Shown: positions 29,186 through 40,390, counted from the first letter of the stretch. The stretch is 64,000 bases of DNA from an uncultured Acidobacteriota bacterium (GCA_963770895.1 CAVYRF010000001.1:64001-128000), one strand, 5' to 3'. Notes: generated from the letters alone by a model not told the origin. A program made the numbers and translations.

Positions 29186-30792
29186 AATACTTCCTCTATT
29201 GCCGCAAGTCCTCTGAGGCCGAAGACCGCCAAGTGCTCTCGATCGAATCGCAGAAAAGCGAGATGGCGCGCCTCGCCGCTGGCTGGACCGAAGGAGACGC
29301 GATCGTCGCGACCTTCGAGGAGTCCATGAGCGCGAAGGCGCCAGGTCGCCCCATCTTCGAGGAGATGCTCCGGCGGGTCGAGAAAGGCGAGGCCGATGGC
29401 GTCGTCGCCTGGCACCCGGACCGCCTGGCCCGCAACTCGGTGGACGGCGGCCGGATCATCTTCCTCCTGGACAAGGGCTCGCTCAAAGATCTGAAATTCG
29501 CAACCCTGACCTTCGAGAACAACCCGCAGGGCAAGTTCATGCTCTCGATCATCTTCGGGTACTCCAAGTATTACGTGGACTCCCTCTCCGAGAACATCCG
29601 CCGCGGCATCCGAACCAAGCTAGAAAAGGGCTGGCTCCCCAACATGGCCCCGACCGGCTACCTGAACGATCGGGAAGGGCGCACGATCATCCCTGACCCG
29701 GAGCGCTTCCCCTTGATGCGCCGCATGTGGGACCTGATGCTCACTGGCACGTACTCGCCCCGGCAAATCCTTGAGATCGCGACCGACCAATGGGGACTCC
29801 GCACGAAGAAGCGCAGGCGCACCGGCGGCAAGGCGCTCACCCTCGGCGCCCTCTACAAGATGTTCGGCCAGCCCTTCTACGCGGGCATCATCGAGCGCCA
29901 CGGGAGGACGTATCCCGGCAAGCACGAGCCCATGGTGACCCTCGACGAGTTCGAGCGCGTCCAGGCCCTTCTCGGTCGCGCAAACCGGCCGCGGCCGAAG
30001 GAGCGCGCCTTCGCCTTCACCGGGCTCATCCGTTGCGGCGTCTGCGGCTGCGCGGTGACCGCCGAGGAGAAGGAGAAACCCTCGGGTCTCCACTTCGTTT
30101 ACTACCACTGCACGCGCAAAAGGAAGCCCGGCTGCAAGGAGCCGGCTATCTCCCTTCCGAAGCTTGAAGAGGAGATCCTCAAGTTCATCTCGGAGCTATC
30201 CATCCCCGAGGAGGTCCATCGCTGGGTGCTCGCTCGGCTCGAGGAGGCCGCTGGGGAAGAGACCTCGCTCAATGCCGTAGGACAGCGCTCCGCAGAGGCG
30301 GCAATGGCTGCGGTCCTGCGGCAGCTCGACAACCTCACTCTCATGCGGGTCCGGGAACTCATCTCCGAAGAGGAGTTCGTGAAGCAGCGGGAGGCGCTAA
30401 GCCGCGAGAAGCTTCGCTTGACTCAGCAAGCGGATGCGACACCCCAAGGATGGTTAGAACCGGCCAAGATGCTCGCTTCCTTCAATCTTCGCGCCATTTC
30501 CTGGTTCCAGGCACGTGATCTCGAAATCCAGCGCCTTATCCTCGCTGTCGCAGGATCGAACTCGACCCTCAAGGGCCGGGAAGTCAATATCGACGCGGCG
30601 AAACCCTTTCAGCGGCAGCCGGGAGGCGTCGACTTTCCTAAGATGTGGAGCACTGTAGAGGACGTTAGAACCGGAATCCAGAGTCATGATCCCCAGATGC
30701 TTGATCTGATCGACAAACTCCGCAGGCTTCACGCGCTCGTACAGGATAGAGGACTGGCGGACGACACCAAGGAAGAGATGTGTGCCGTGTAA
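29182..30792 (+). CDS. Large serine recombinase (LSR2)
   Basis: YCRKSS catalytic motif, DRLARN, recombinase domain, Zn ribbon CGVCG...YYHC, coiled coil. Confidence 0.95.
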   Translation: MKYFLYCRKSSEAEDRQVLSIESQKSEMARLAAGWTEGDAIVATFEESMSAKAPGRPIFEEMLRRVEKGEADGVVAWHPDRLARNSVDGGRIIFLLDKGSLKDLKFATLTFENNPQGKFMLSIIFGYSKYYVDSLSENIRRGIRTKLEKGWLPNMAPTGYLNDREGRTIIPDPERFPLMRRMWDLMLTGTYSPRQILEIATDQWGLRTKKRRRTGGKALTLGALYKMFGQPFYAGIIERHGRTYPGKHEPMVTLDEFERVQALLGRANRPRPKERAFAFTGLIRCGVCGCAVTAEEKEKPSGLHFVYYHCTRKRKPGCKEPAISLPKLEEEILKFISELSIPEEVHRWVLARLEEAAGEETSLNAVGQRSAEAAMAAVLRQLDNLTLMRVRELISEEEFVKQREALSREKLRLTQQADATPQGWLEPAKMLASFNLRAISWFQARDLEIQRLILAVAGSNSTLKGREVNIDAAKPFQRQPGGVDFPKMWSTVEDVRTGIQSHDPQMLDLIDKLRRLHALVQDRGLADDTKEEMCAV

Positions 30793-31139
30793 GGAACAGC
30801 GGCAGATCGAAGATCGCCGATTGTCGGAATGCCTCCTAGCCTTAGCCTAGAGCCGCGACTCTTGCTTCAGAGGCGTCATGAGGTTCCACCCGCCCCCGCT
30901 CCTCAGCGCATCGCGAAAGGCCTTGGCGGGACTCATAAGCAAGTGCAGGTAGTGCGGGAGTATTGGCGCCTCAACCGCTATTCGCAGAACACGAATGACC
31001 ATGTTAATGGCATCGCGTTCGAGTGGTACAATAAAGCGGAAGCGCTCTGTTTACTACAGGCTATCATAAAAGCCCCTTCAGGGGAAAGCATCGCTGGACA
31101 TTGCGATATGCAGAGGAGCGCACCTCCGACCGAGAATGG

Positions 31140-31365
31140 TTACAGGAGGTCGTCTGAACTCCTCCTCAGTCATGCCGCTATGGCGAATGATGGCCCGCAC
31201 CGTGCCCCGAGGGAGATCCTCATGGTGCATGGCCACGACAGTGCAGAGCTTCCGCTCGGGCTGGACGAGGAGCAGATGTCTTGTCCGGCGTTGCCGGTGC
31301 TCGGCGAAGCCAGCTCGTATGAGGGCGTTGACTATTTGCTTCGCGGTGAGGCTGGGGAAGTGCTG
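31140..31365 (-). pseudogene. HicA-family toxin remnant
   Basis: FPSLTAKQIVNALIRAGF...HLLL...VVAMHHEDLPRGTVRAIIRHSGMTEEEF; no clean start or stop. Confidence 0.6.
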
Positions 31366-31428
31366 ACGGCGCCAAGGAGGTGCAATGTGCCGCATTGGGA
31401 AGTTGCTTCGGTCCGCGAACGCGGCTAG

Positions 31429-32898
31429 CAGTCCGTGGTGCAAGTAGTTGTCGCAGCACCGGGCACCTGCGACACTTGTCGTACTTTCGGAGGTTTGCCG
31501 AATGGCGATGGGCAAGAAGAAGGGCCGGCAGGGGGACATGTGGATCGCGACGGGCGATCTGGCCCGCAGCCCCGGCCATCCGTTCTACGAGCGGCTGAAC
31601 CGGGTACTTGAACAGCACGGCTTCGACGGCTTCGTGGAAAAGCAGTGCCAGGTCTTCTATGCGGAGCGAATGGGCCGGCCGTCGCTGCCGCCAGGCGCCT
31701 ACTTTCGTTTGCTCCTGATCGGCTACTTTGAGGGGATCAACTCGGAGCGAGGCATCGCTTGGCGGGTGTCGGATTCGCTGACGCTGCGAGAGTTCTTAGG
31801 GTTGAGCCTGTCGGAAGCCCCGCCGGATCATTCGACGATTTCGCGCAACCGGCGTCTGATCGACGTCGAGACGCATCAGGAGGTCTTTGCCTGGGTGCTG
31901 GGGGTTTTGGGTCAGGAAGGTCTTCTGCGAGGGCAGACAATCGGAGTGGACGCCACGACCCTGGAAGCCAACGCGGCGATGAAGAGCATCGTGCGGCGGG
32001 ACACCGGAGAGGGCTACCAGGAGTTTCTTCAGCGTCTGGCCGAGGAGTCCGGCGCAGCGACGCCGACGCGCGCCGAGCTGGCGCGGAAGGACAAGAAACG
32101 AAAGGGGAAAGGGTCGAACGACGACTGGACGCATCCGCACGACCCTGACGCCAAGATCACGAAAATGAAGGATGGCCGGACCCACCTGGCCCACAAAGCA
32201 GAGCATGCGGTGGATCTGGAAACCGGAGCCGTCGTTGCGGTGACGGTTCAGCCGGCGGATCGCGGCGATACGCAGAGCTACGAACAGACCCTGAGCGAAA
32301 CGCTAGAAAACCTGGCGGCCCTGCCCGATTCCACCTCGTTGTCCCCGCAGCCGCTGCGGGATGTCGTGGCCGACCGGGGCTATCACAGCGGCGCGGTGCT
32401 GCTACAGATGCAGAAGCTCGGCCTGCGCAGCTACATCGCGGAGCCCAAACGACCGCGCCGGAAGTGGCGAGGTCGAGTGTCCGAGCAAAAAGCCACGTAC
32501 GCGAACCATCGGCGGATGAAAGGGGCTCGCGGCAAGCGACTGGCGCGCTGGCGATGCGAGAGGGTAGAGCGCAGCATGGCCCACGCCTACGAAACTGGCG
32601 GCCTGCGACGCATCCACCTCCGCGGTCACACCAACATCCTCAAGCGCCTCTTGATTCACGAAGCAGGCTTCAACTTGAGTCTGGTGATGCGACATCGCAT
32701 CGGCCACGGCACGCCGCGAGGCCTTCAGGGGCGCCTCCGTCGTTGGCTTTCCCTCTGTTTCGGCCTTCTCGAAGCCCTGCGTCTCGACTCCTTGGCCAGA
32801 TTGAGTCGAACATGGTTGCTTCGGATCGCTCTCGCCCATCAAACCCTGATCCCCGGTTACCTAGCTCACTCCCAAAATCCGCCTTGCACCACGGACTG
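31429..32898 (+). mobile_element. IS1182/IS5-like insertion sequence
   Basis: Perfect 16-bp IR CAGTCCGTGGTGCAAG; CTAG on both sides. Confidence 0.9.
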
Positions 32899-32902
32899 CT
32901 AG
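31502..32902 (+). CDS. DDE transposase (DUF772 + DDE)
   Basis: GHPFYERLN, GRPSLPP, PPDHSTISR, VDATTLEANA, VADRGYHS, RVERSMAH. Confidence 0.92.
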   Translation: MAMGKKKGRQGDMWIATGDLARSPGHPFYERLNRVLEQHGFDGFVEKQCQVFYAERMGRPSLPPGAYFRLLLIGYFEGINSERGIAWRVSDSLTLREFLGLSLSEAPPDHSTISRNRRLIDVETHQEVFAWVLGVLGQEGLLRGQTIGVDATTLEANAAMKSIVRRDTGEGYQEFLQRLAEESGAATPTRAELARKDKKRKGKGSNDDWTHPHDPDAKITKMKDGRTHLAHKAEHAVDLETGAVVAVTVQPADRGDTQSYEQTLSETLENLAALPDSTSLSPQPLRDVVADRGYHSGAVLLQMQKLGLRSYIAEPKRPRRKWRGRVSEQKATYANHRRMKGARGKRLARWRCERVERSMAHAYETGGLRRIHLRGHTNILKRLLIHEAGFNLSLVMRHRIGHGTPRGLQGRLRRWLSLCFGLLEALRLDSLARLSRTWLLRIALAHQTLIPGYLAHSQNPPCTTDC

Positions 32903-33042
32903 GCTCTCGTCATGCCGTTCAAGCCTACCCCTGAACAGCGGGAGATATTGAAGTACCGGTGGCCCCGTGGAGTCGCAGCCTGGTCACACCTACTTCCATG
33001 CTCGTTGGTCGTAGCCTTCTCCGTAGCAGAGAGAGGACCGTC

Positions 33043-33969
33043 GTGACGAAAAAGAAGAGGAAGCACCATGATGTGTGGCAACGCTACCTAAAAGCATGGA
33101 CTCGCGGTGGCAAGATCTTCTGCCTCAGGGACGGCAAGATATTTGCGCCCAGCTTAGACGGAGTCGCTAACTGGCGAGACTTCTATAAGCCGGAGCCACT
33201 GACACCCGAAGAGGTAGCCTTCATCCAGGCCCTTACAATTCAACGAACGCAACGGCCTATTCAGAGAGAAGTCAATCAGGGCTGGATCGCATTTTTGACA
33301 TTGCCAAATAGACTACATGCCGTGCTGGACCAGGCGGGTCTGAACGCCACGCAAGGCACTGAGATCATAGACGCAGCACTTCATAATTTTGAGGAGGATT
33401 TTCACGCCAAGATCGAGTCAGAGGCGGTTGGTTTACTGGAGTCGCTACTCGCTCATGATGCGAGCTTCTTTACGAATGACGACACTCGCCTGGACTTCAT
33501 CTACTTTGTGTGCGTACAGTACACCCGCACGGCCAGAATGCAGCAGGCCATCGTGGCGGCTCTCGGCGACAAAGTCAGCGGAGTTCGCGTCGCGAACGTT
33601 TGGAGAATCTTGAGGCACATATACGCAAGCAATACTGGCTGGGTCATTTACGCTCAGAACGATGCTTGGCGCCTGATCTTTCTGGATAATCCAACCGACA
33701 CACCGTTCATTACTGGTGATCAGCCTATCATCAATACCTACGCCTCACCGGGCCAGGAGCCTGTCGATCTTGAGTTCTATTATCCACTGTCACCTAAGCT
33801 CGCGCTTCTTGTCACAAAAAGCGCGGCGGCCGCCAACGGAACTTCCATGGCACTAGCCCTGGACCAGGTGCATTGCTACAACAGGCACATAACACAAAGC
33901 TCGTATCAGCAGATTTACGCGCAATCGCGCGAGATTCTGCAGAGAATCCAGGCAGGGCTATATCGGTAA
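33043..33969 (+). CDS. DUF4238 family protein
   Basis: HHDVWQRYLKAW, QYTRT, PFITGDQP, YYPLSPKLAL. Confidence 0.8.
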   Translation: MTKKKRKHHDVWQRYLKAWTRGGKIFCLRDGKIFAPSLDGVANWRDFYKPEPLTPEEVAFIQALTIQRTQRPIQREVNQGWIAFLTLPNRLHAVLDQAGLNATQGTEIIDAALHNFEEDFHAKIESEAVGLLESLLAHDASFFTNDDTRLDFIYFVCVQYTRTARMQQAIVAALGDKVSGVRVANVWRILRHIYASNTGWVIYAQNDAWRLIFLDNPTDTPFITGDQPIINTYASPGQEPVDLEFYYPLSPKLALLVTKSAAAANGTSMALALDQVHCYNRHITQSSYQQIYAQSREILQRIQAGLYR

Positions 33970-34448
33970 CGGCGATGGGGCGTCGTCGGTTCGCCTCTCT
34001 TTGCCAGGCGGGCGCGGCCTGGTGTGGCGCTTTCTGTGTGGCTCGGTGCTCATACAGACCGGAGGCGTTACTTTAAGGGTACTGTCGCCAAGCTGGTCCC
34101 TCGCGTCAAGCCAGCCTCACGCAGGGCTTGCACTCCTCGCGTTGTCCATGAGCCATTCGGAAACAAGCGCGCGGTTTCGCGGGGTATCCTTCAGGCTGGA
34201 GTACCAGATCATCTCTTGAACGGCGCGCGGATGCCAGGTGACTTGGCCGTCGCTCCATCTACCAACGGTGTCAGGTCGCGTACTATTTCGAGGTAGGCAC
34301 GCCAGAGTGCGCCGTCTCGCTTTGATAGTTTAGGCGTACTCATCACTTCAGTTTAGGGCCGGGTGGTCCTGGCGTCCAGACCCGTCGTTTCTCGAAGACA
34401 TGAAGCTCCCATGAGCTGCTTCTTGACGCTGCGGTACGCCCAGGTATC

Positions 34449-34799
34449 ATGAGGCGTATGAAGCTCTCCAAGAAAGCTCAACTTGAGATCCAGCGCATGC
34501 GAGCTGCGTTTCCGAAGCAGCTTGCAGTACAGGTTGCCCGCTCGACCGACGGCGGCTTTGTGGCATCCGTGATCTCCATCCCCGGCGCGCAGACCCAAGC
34601 CGAGAGCTTCTCGGAACTGCTCGACATGATAAACGACGCCATCCGCACCTGCTTCGAGGTTCCCGCGAAGTACCTCGCCTATATGCCCACCTACCTGCCG
34701 TCCATCGAAATGGCGCAGCAGCTCGACGCCTATCCCGTCCGCGCGGTCGATAGAGAGATCACCCTCGTCCTGCCGCATGGCGCGAAGGGAGGTCGTTAG
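34449..34799 (+). CDS. hicB: HicB-like antitoxin
   Basis: GGFVASVISIPGAQTQAESFSELLDMINDAI. Confidence 0.75.
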   Translation: MRRMKLSKKAQLEIQRMRAAFPKQLAVQVARSTDGGFVASVISIPGAQTQAESFSELLDMINDAIRTCFEVPAKYLAYMPTYLPSIEMAQQLDAYPVRAVDREITLVLPHGAKGGR

Positions 34800-35007
34800 G
34801 GCAAGCGACTGTTCCGCAGACAATCTGAAACAGCTCGCACGACGAGCTGGTTTTGTACTTACGCCAGGCGGCAAGCACTGGCGCGTGAAGACCACGACGG
34901 GGCAGTTTGTGACGACCATCCCGCACCACACCCGCTTGAAGCGGGAACTCGTGAAGGGGATCGTGGAGCGCCTGCGGGAGTTCGGGGCCGCGATAGAGAT
35001 CCGTTGA
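34777..35007 (+). CDS. hicA: HicA-like toxin
   Basis: GFVLTPGGKHWRV...TTIPHH..LKRELVKGIV. Confidence 0.75.
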   Translation: MARREVVRASDCSADNLKQLARRAGFVLTPGGKHWRVKTTTGQFVTTIPHHTRLKRELVKGIVERLREFGAAIEIR

Positions 35008-35040
35008 GGAAAGGAGCGGCGCCGCGCATTCCGAGCGCGC

Positions 35041-35277
35041 TCAGTCGAGCATCTTGAAGTGAGGGTTCTGGCCGATGACCTCAAGGGAGTCCTGCTTGAT
35101 AATCCTCCCGCACCGAGCACAGACGTAGAGATCCTCCCATCCCGCCACCGGTTCCATTTCGTTGCCATCGCGGTCGCACGGATAGAAGCCGTCGAAATCA
35201 GGGCGGTTGCCGCATATGCAGAGCCATGCGTCCATATCCTCTGCCTCGGTCGCGATGTACTCGGTGAACGCGATCAT
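35041..35277 (-). CDS. Small Cys-rich hypothetical protein
   Basis: WLCICGN..DGFYPCD...YVCARCGRII. Confidence 0.65.
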   Translation of the reverse strand: MIAFTEYIATEAEDMDAWLCICGNRPDFDGFYPCDRDGNEMEPVAGWEDLYVCARCGRIIKQDSLEVIGQNPHFKMLD

Positions 35278-35574
35278 TGCTCTTGAGTAAAGCCACTGCA
35301 AGACTCAATGTCAAGAGGAGTCACCGTAGTCTGAGCATTGCTTCGTAGGCCCTGCCGGGGGCCCCCTCACTGCGAGGCAGGTCGGCTGATGGGCTTTGCT
35401 GGATTATCAGAGATGCGACTACACCGCGATCATTTCTCCCGATGCTGCGATGTTAGCTTTTTGCAGAAATGATGCGGCGAACGATGAGCCTTGCTTGATT
35501 GAACGTCCTCGAAAGCTATCTGACATACTGCTGCTGGGCTCCATGCTCGCGCCATCTTCCCAAAACTCTTCTAG

Positions 35575-37096
35575 GAGTCCGTCCGAGTTATCGCCTTGGC
35601 TGCGGGTCGTTGGGGGTAGGAGTCCATGGCGGGCGAGTCAGCCGGGGCGAGGTCGAGTTAGGAGTGAGATCGACGTGTAAGGGGACGGCCTGAAGAGGGG
35701 CGAGGTCATTTCGGTCTCAGGGCTTGGAGTGAGGCGCTACCGAGCCCCCTCACCAGGCCATCCTCAGCTTGAGCAGATTGTGGGCGGTGGCGAGCAAGGC
35801 CCACTCCTGCTGCACACGGGCTAAGCCGCGACAGAGAAACTGGCGGAAGCCTCGCGCGTGTTTGATCTGACCGAAGGGGGCTTCCACGATCGCCTTGCGG
35901 CGGGCATAGGCTTTGCGGCCTCGTTGCGTCTGGAGCTTGCGCTGCATCCGCTGCTTGGCGCTCAGCCCCGCTGGCGGACGGCCCCGTGGACACGGCGGCA
36001 GGGGTTCGCCATGCTTGTAGCGCCGGGTGGCGATCAGCGGCTCGATCCGATCCTTCTCCAGGCCCCGCATGTTGTCTTCCGACCAGTAACCGGCGTCGGC
36101 CAGCACCTGCTTGGGTTTGCGGCGCAACACGCGCTTGACATCCTGGATCACCGGCAGAAGCTGCTCGACATCGGTTGTGCTCGCGCTCACCCGTTGGGCC
36201 AGGATGACCTGGTGCCGAGCGTCCACGGCAATCTGCGCCGTGTAGCCCTGGATGAAACCATCTCGCGTCTTCTGGATCTTCGACTCGGGATCGGTGAAGT
36301 TGCGCTGCGCCTTGTCGGCAGGACGAGCCGATTGCGGGTCCTTGCCGGCCGCCGCGGCCTGGTCGCGGGCTTCCTGCTCCAAGGCCGCCTTGGCTTCTCG
36401 GATCTTGCGCAGACGACTCTCTCGATGCAAAAGCTCCTTGGGCAGCTCCGATCCGCTCCGATCGGCGCCGTACTGCCGATCTTCCTGCTCGTCGATCGCC
36501 GCGGCTCGATCCAGGATCTCCCGGATCTGCCGCTCCAATTCCGACTCCTTCTTCACCATCCGGCCATAGCTCATCGCCTTGTGCTTCGAGGCGTTGGCTC
36601 GGATCTTCGTCCCATCCACCGCCACTCGACCCAACTTCACCAGCCCGGCCTTGCGGCACAACCCCACCACCTGCGTGAACAGCCCGGCCAGCGCTTGGCC
36701 GTGCCGCTTACGGAAATCGCTGATTGTCCGGAAATCTGGCCGATTTCCCGCCGCCAAATAGCGAAACGCCACACTGTCCGACAGCTTCTCCGCCAAGCGC
36801 CGCGACGAGTACGTTGCCGTGCAGTACCCGTACAGCAGGATCTTCGTCATCATTCGCGGGTGGTAGGGCGGATACCCCCGCTCCTCGGCGTACGTCTCCT
36901 CGATCTCGCCAAGATCCAGCTCGTCAACCACCTCGCTCACGAACCGAGCCAGGTGACCTTCGGGAAGCCATTCCTCGATCGACGGCGGCAGCAGGAGCAA
37001 CTGGTCAGGCTCGTAGGGACGGAAGGTCTTCATAGACCCTCATTATCCAACCACTTCCCTCATCCCGGAGCCTGACCAGGTTACTCGGACGGACTC
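35575..37096 (-). mobile_element. IS1182 family insertion sequence
   Basis: IR GAGTCCGTCCGAGT; CTAG duplication at 35571-35574 and 37097-37100. Confidence 0.92.
35750..37033 (-). CDS. IS1182 family transposase
   Basis: LLPPSIEEWLPEGHLARF, PPYHPRMM, PDFRTISDFR, VDGTKIRANASKH, LADAGY, VEAPFGQIK. Confidence 0.95.
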   Translation of the reverse strand: MKTFRPYEPDQLLLLPPSIEEWLPEGHLARFVSEVVDELDLGEIEETYAEERGYPPYHPRMMTKILLYGYCTATYSSRRLAEKLSDSVAFRYLAAGNRPDFRTISDFRKRHGQALAGLFTQVVGLCRKAGLVKLGRVAVDGTKIRANASKHKAMSYGRMVKKESELERQIREILDRAAAIDEQEDRQYGADRSGSELPKELLHRESRLRKIREAKAALEQEARDQAAAAGKDPQSARPADKAQRNFTDPESKIQKTRDGFIQGYTAQIAVDARHQVILAQRVSASTTDVEQLLPVIQDVKRVLRRKPKQVLADAGYWSEDNMRGLEKDRIEPLIATRRYKHGEPLPPCPRGRPPAGLSAKQRMQRKLQTQRGRKAYARRKAIVEAPFGQIKHARGFRQFLCRGLARVQQEWALLATAHNLLKLRMAW

Positions 37097-38712
37097 CTAG
37101 GATCTGCGCCAGCGACAACCCCTCTGAAGCCGCGATCTCCAGAGCCAACTCGAAGCTTTCCATCGACATCACGCAGTAAACCCATGGATAGTCCCTGAGT
37201 GGATGGTCGGCTTCAGTGCGCGCTCTGTAACGGATCAGCTCGTTCATCATGTATACTGACTCGCCAACCACCGCCACACAGATCGGATGGGCGTTCTTTG
37301 TCGTATCGACAGCTGTTTGATATGTGGAATACTCAGGAATCCCTGCATACAAGTCGGCTGCCTTATCTCGCAACTTGAGAAACAGGTCGTAGACCTGCTG
37401 GAAGTTTTCGTCAAATATCTCTTCACTCATCGTAAACCTGGTTTCCGCCAAGACCCTGCGAGCCTTCGCCTCTACTAAAATCAGGCGCTGGCTCTGTTCC
37501 TCGACGATCGAGCAGTCCGGACCCTTCCTCTCACCTTGGGCAGAGCGGTAGGTAACTTCTGGAATGACGACAGTTCCCGGCAGGCGCTCCTTTGCCATGA
37601 GCCTTATGTACACTTCTTGCGCCGCACCCCTCGCGTTGTTATACGCTTGGCCGAAGCGTTCCTGTAGACCAAAGTGAAGGACGTCGCCAAAACTACGAGC
37701 GAACGTGCGAACGTTTAAGACCATAAAGCGCTTTTCAGTATCCCTCGCCCCGTTATCGATGCTCACTATTGGGTAGCGCTCGAGAGGGCTCAGACGCCAG
37801 CCTACCGGTCCAATCATATACGCGGGCTTTTGGGCCTCTTCCCTGATGTCGCGGATTGGCCGTGCAAACAATGAGATAAATGCCGAGAATGCCGCCTCCG
37901 AGACCCGGCACTTCAGGAGACTTGACAGTGACCTGTGGGAGAAATAGATATAGTCGCGAAGAGGTCGTGGAAACTCTATCAGTTTTGAAATAATCCACGC
38001 CTGGCGATCCTTCCTTGCAAATCCTGGAATCGTCAAGCCCATGCTGTCGAAGAGGCTTGTGGCGATCTCCCCCAACCGCTGGTGCCACAAATATACAAAC
38101 ATGTAGATCGTAGCGAGGTCTCGAAGGCTCGCGCCCAGCGTCCCCGGAATACTCGCTGCGAACTGAGCCACGCTACTACGAGCGTCCTGGGGAAAGAGAT
38201 CAATATGCTTCAGAGGCAGAACTGAAAGCAGCGCAAGAAGACGGCCTGCCGTCGAAGTGGATCTTGTTTCTTGCTGGCGAATCTGTATGTTTGCCATGCG
38301 CGACATAAATTTTTGCAGTGCATAGAGCATTTCGTCGCGAGGCTTGCCGCTTACAACCTCCTCAGCAAGGCGAGGGTCGTCAAGAGCTGAGGTCGCACCA
38401 TTGAGGACGTAGGTGAGATCGGCATATGAGAGCATGGCTGGCTTGTACGATGCTGCCTTGCTGGCAACCAATGCCTCCGAGAATAGGCGACACTTTTCGT
38501 TGTTTAGGAGGGGAAAGACCCGTGAGCCCATGCCTCCCGTGAACTCGATCGTGGAAAGCAGGCAACTGATCTCCATGACAGTGTCGAGATTGCGGGAGTT
38601 AAGCCGCGTCACAGCGTCCTCGAACGTAGGTCTCGTTTCATTTGTTAGTGGCAGTTTGCGCCTCCTTTGGTGCGCTCTATCGAACCGGCAACTAGTACTA
38701 CTGTGTCACAAA

Positions 38713-40390
38713 TCATCCGGTGTGCAGATGCCCACACCAGGGGCAGAGAGGCAGACCTGCGGCGAGGAGTCGGGCGTGATGCCATTTCCGGGTCGCCAAC
38801 GAGGCTGGCTGGTGGCGCTCAGGGCGTTGCAGAACCGCGAGGTCGGTAAGTCTCGGGTAGGGGAGCGGTGCCGAGGAAGGCAAGAGGCGCCGGGGGGAAA
38901 GCCGAGCTCGCTCGGCCGCCAGGAAAGCATAGGCGGCGATGCATAATGCGCCGTGGTGATGGAAGCCTCGCCATCCTCGGCCTTCGTAGTGGTCGAGGCC
39001 CAATTCGTCCTTCAGCTCCTGGAAATCTCGTTCGATACGCCAACGGATCTTGGCAAGCCGCACCAACTCTTCCAGCTCGACCTCTTCCGGCACCGTTGAC
39101 AGCCAGTACCGCCCTGGCTGGGAATCGCCTTGCGGCCACTCCACCAACAACCATTCCGGTTCGCGGCCCTCTCGACGCAAGTAGTCTCGATGAGCCACGC
39201 GCACCCGAAGCCTGGCGAACCGCGACACCATCAGGCCGCGGGTCCCTTCGCGCCACCGCACCGTTTTCCAAGCACCGCGAGGCAAGGTTGCGGCCAGGGC
39301 TTTCACCGTCACCGGCTGGTGATCGGCGGTGCGGCGCAGCCGAGCTGTCGGTCGGCCGCGTCCGGGGTGGGGCCGAGGCGGCAGAGGTGCTTGTCCGGGA
39401 GGCCAAACTGTCAGGTCGCCCGAAATGCCGACTGCATAGGAGAAGTGACGCGCGGTCAACGCATCTCGGAATTCTGTCGACGAGCCATATCCGGCATCCG
39501 CCACCACCGGGGCTATCGGGATCTCGTCGGCCAGCAGGCGGTCGATCTCGGCCAAAGCCAAGGCGGGTTTGGTCGCAAACTCCACCTCTTTCGGCACACC
39601 GGCAGTGGCTCGACGCTCTGTGTCGTGGGCCATCGGCTACACGCGGCGACAGTGGGCAGCCCTCGAGCGCTACTTGAGCGATGGCGAGCTCGGCCCGGAC
39701 AACTCCGCCTCGGAGCGGGCTCTTCGTTGCGTGGCGATCGGCCGCAAGAACTGGCTCTTCGCCGGCAGCGACGCTGGCGGGGTCCGCGCCGCCAAGCTCT
39801 ACAGCCTCATCGCGAGCGCCAAGCGCCACGGCGTCGAGCCCTTCGCCTACCTACGCGCTCTCTTCGAGCGCCTGCCAAGCCATTCGCCCGACCGCCTCCA
39901 CGAGCTCGGCCCAGCTCTCGGGTAGATAGAGTCGATACCCCGCAGGAACGCTGAGGGTCGGATTGACCAGCGACACGGTCACCGCGACCTGGCAATTCGC
40001 CGCTTTCCCCAAAGCCCCGCAGTATTGATGCGCGACGCCGACCGACAAGGTTCCCTTCTTGGGTAGGCCCGTATCATCGACCACCCACGCCGCAATGGGT
40101 CCGTGCCGCTCCAGTGCCTGGAGGCCATACTCTCGCGCCACCTCCAACACCCTCAGCTCGGACCAGGGCGCCTCGGCGACAAAATGATGCAGCGATTGAT
40201 GGCGCGCCTGTACGTGCAGCGGATCCACCTTGGCCGCCATCGGTTCCACGCTCTTGCGATCTCCCGGCAGAAGCAGGCCCGTGACGTACGCGCGCAAGGG
40301 CGCCCGCCGGTCGGCGTGACCGACGGCGGCGCCCAGCTGCCCGAGGTAGCTTTCGAAGCGAACAGCTTCCTGACCTTGCTGGCGGCTCAT
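38713..40390 (-). pseudogene. IS701 transposase interrupted by an IS66 internal fragment
   Basis: VDDTGLPKKG..SVGVAHQYCG..ANCQ...RLYLPESWA|insert|HDTERRA...ADAGYG...RWRIERDFQELK. Confidence 0.88.
39628..39908 (+). pseudogene. Internal fragment of IS66 tnpC without IS ends
   Basis: Reverse-complement match to ~14457-14737 of the IS66 copy in this window. Confidence 0.85.

Larger units (their letters stand above)
35419..38612 (-). pseudogene. Hypothetical protein with C-terminal PD-(D/E)XK-like nuclease motif, interrupted near its 3' end by IS1182
   Basis: KGPDCSIV...LILVEAK. The frame continues across the CTAG target (…AQIL|EEFWEDGAS…IAV*) to the stop at 35419. Confidence 0.75.

Noticed and set aside
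30646-30672. tRNA gene or tRNA fragment
   Set aside because: Only a loose T-arm/CCA likeness with no cloverleaf, and it lies inside a coding frame.
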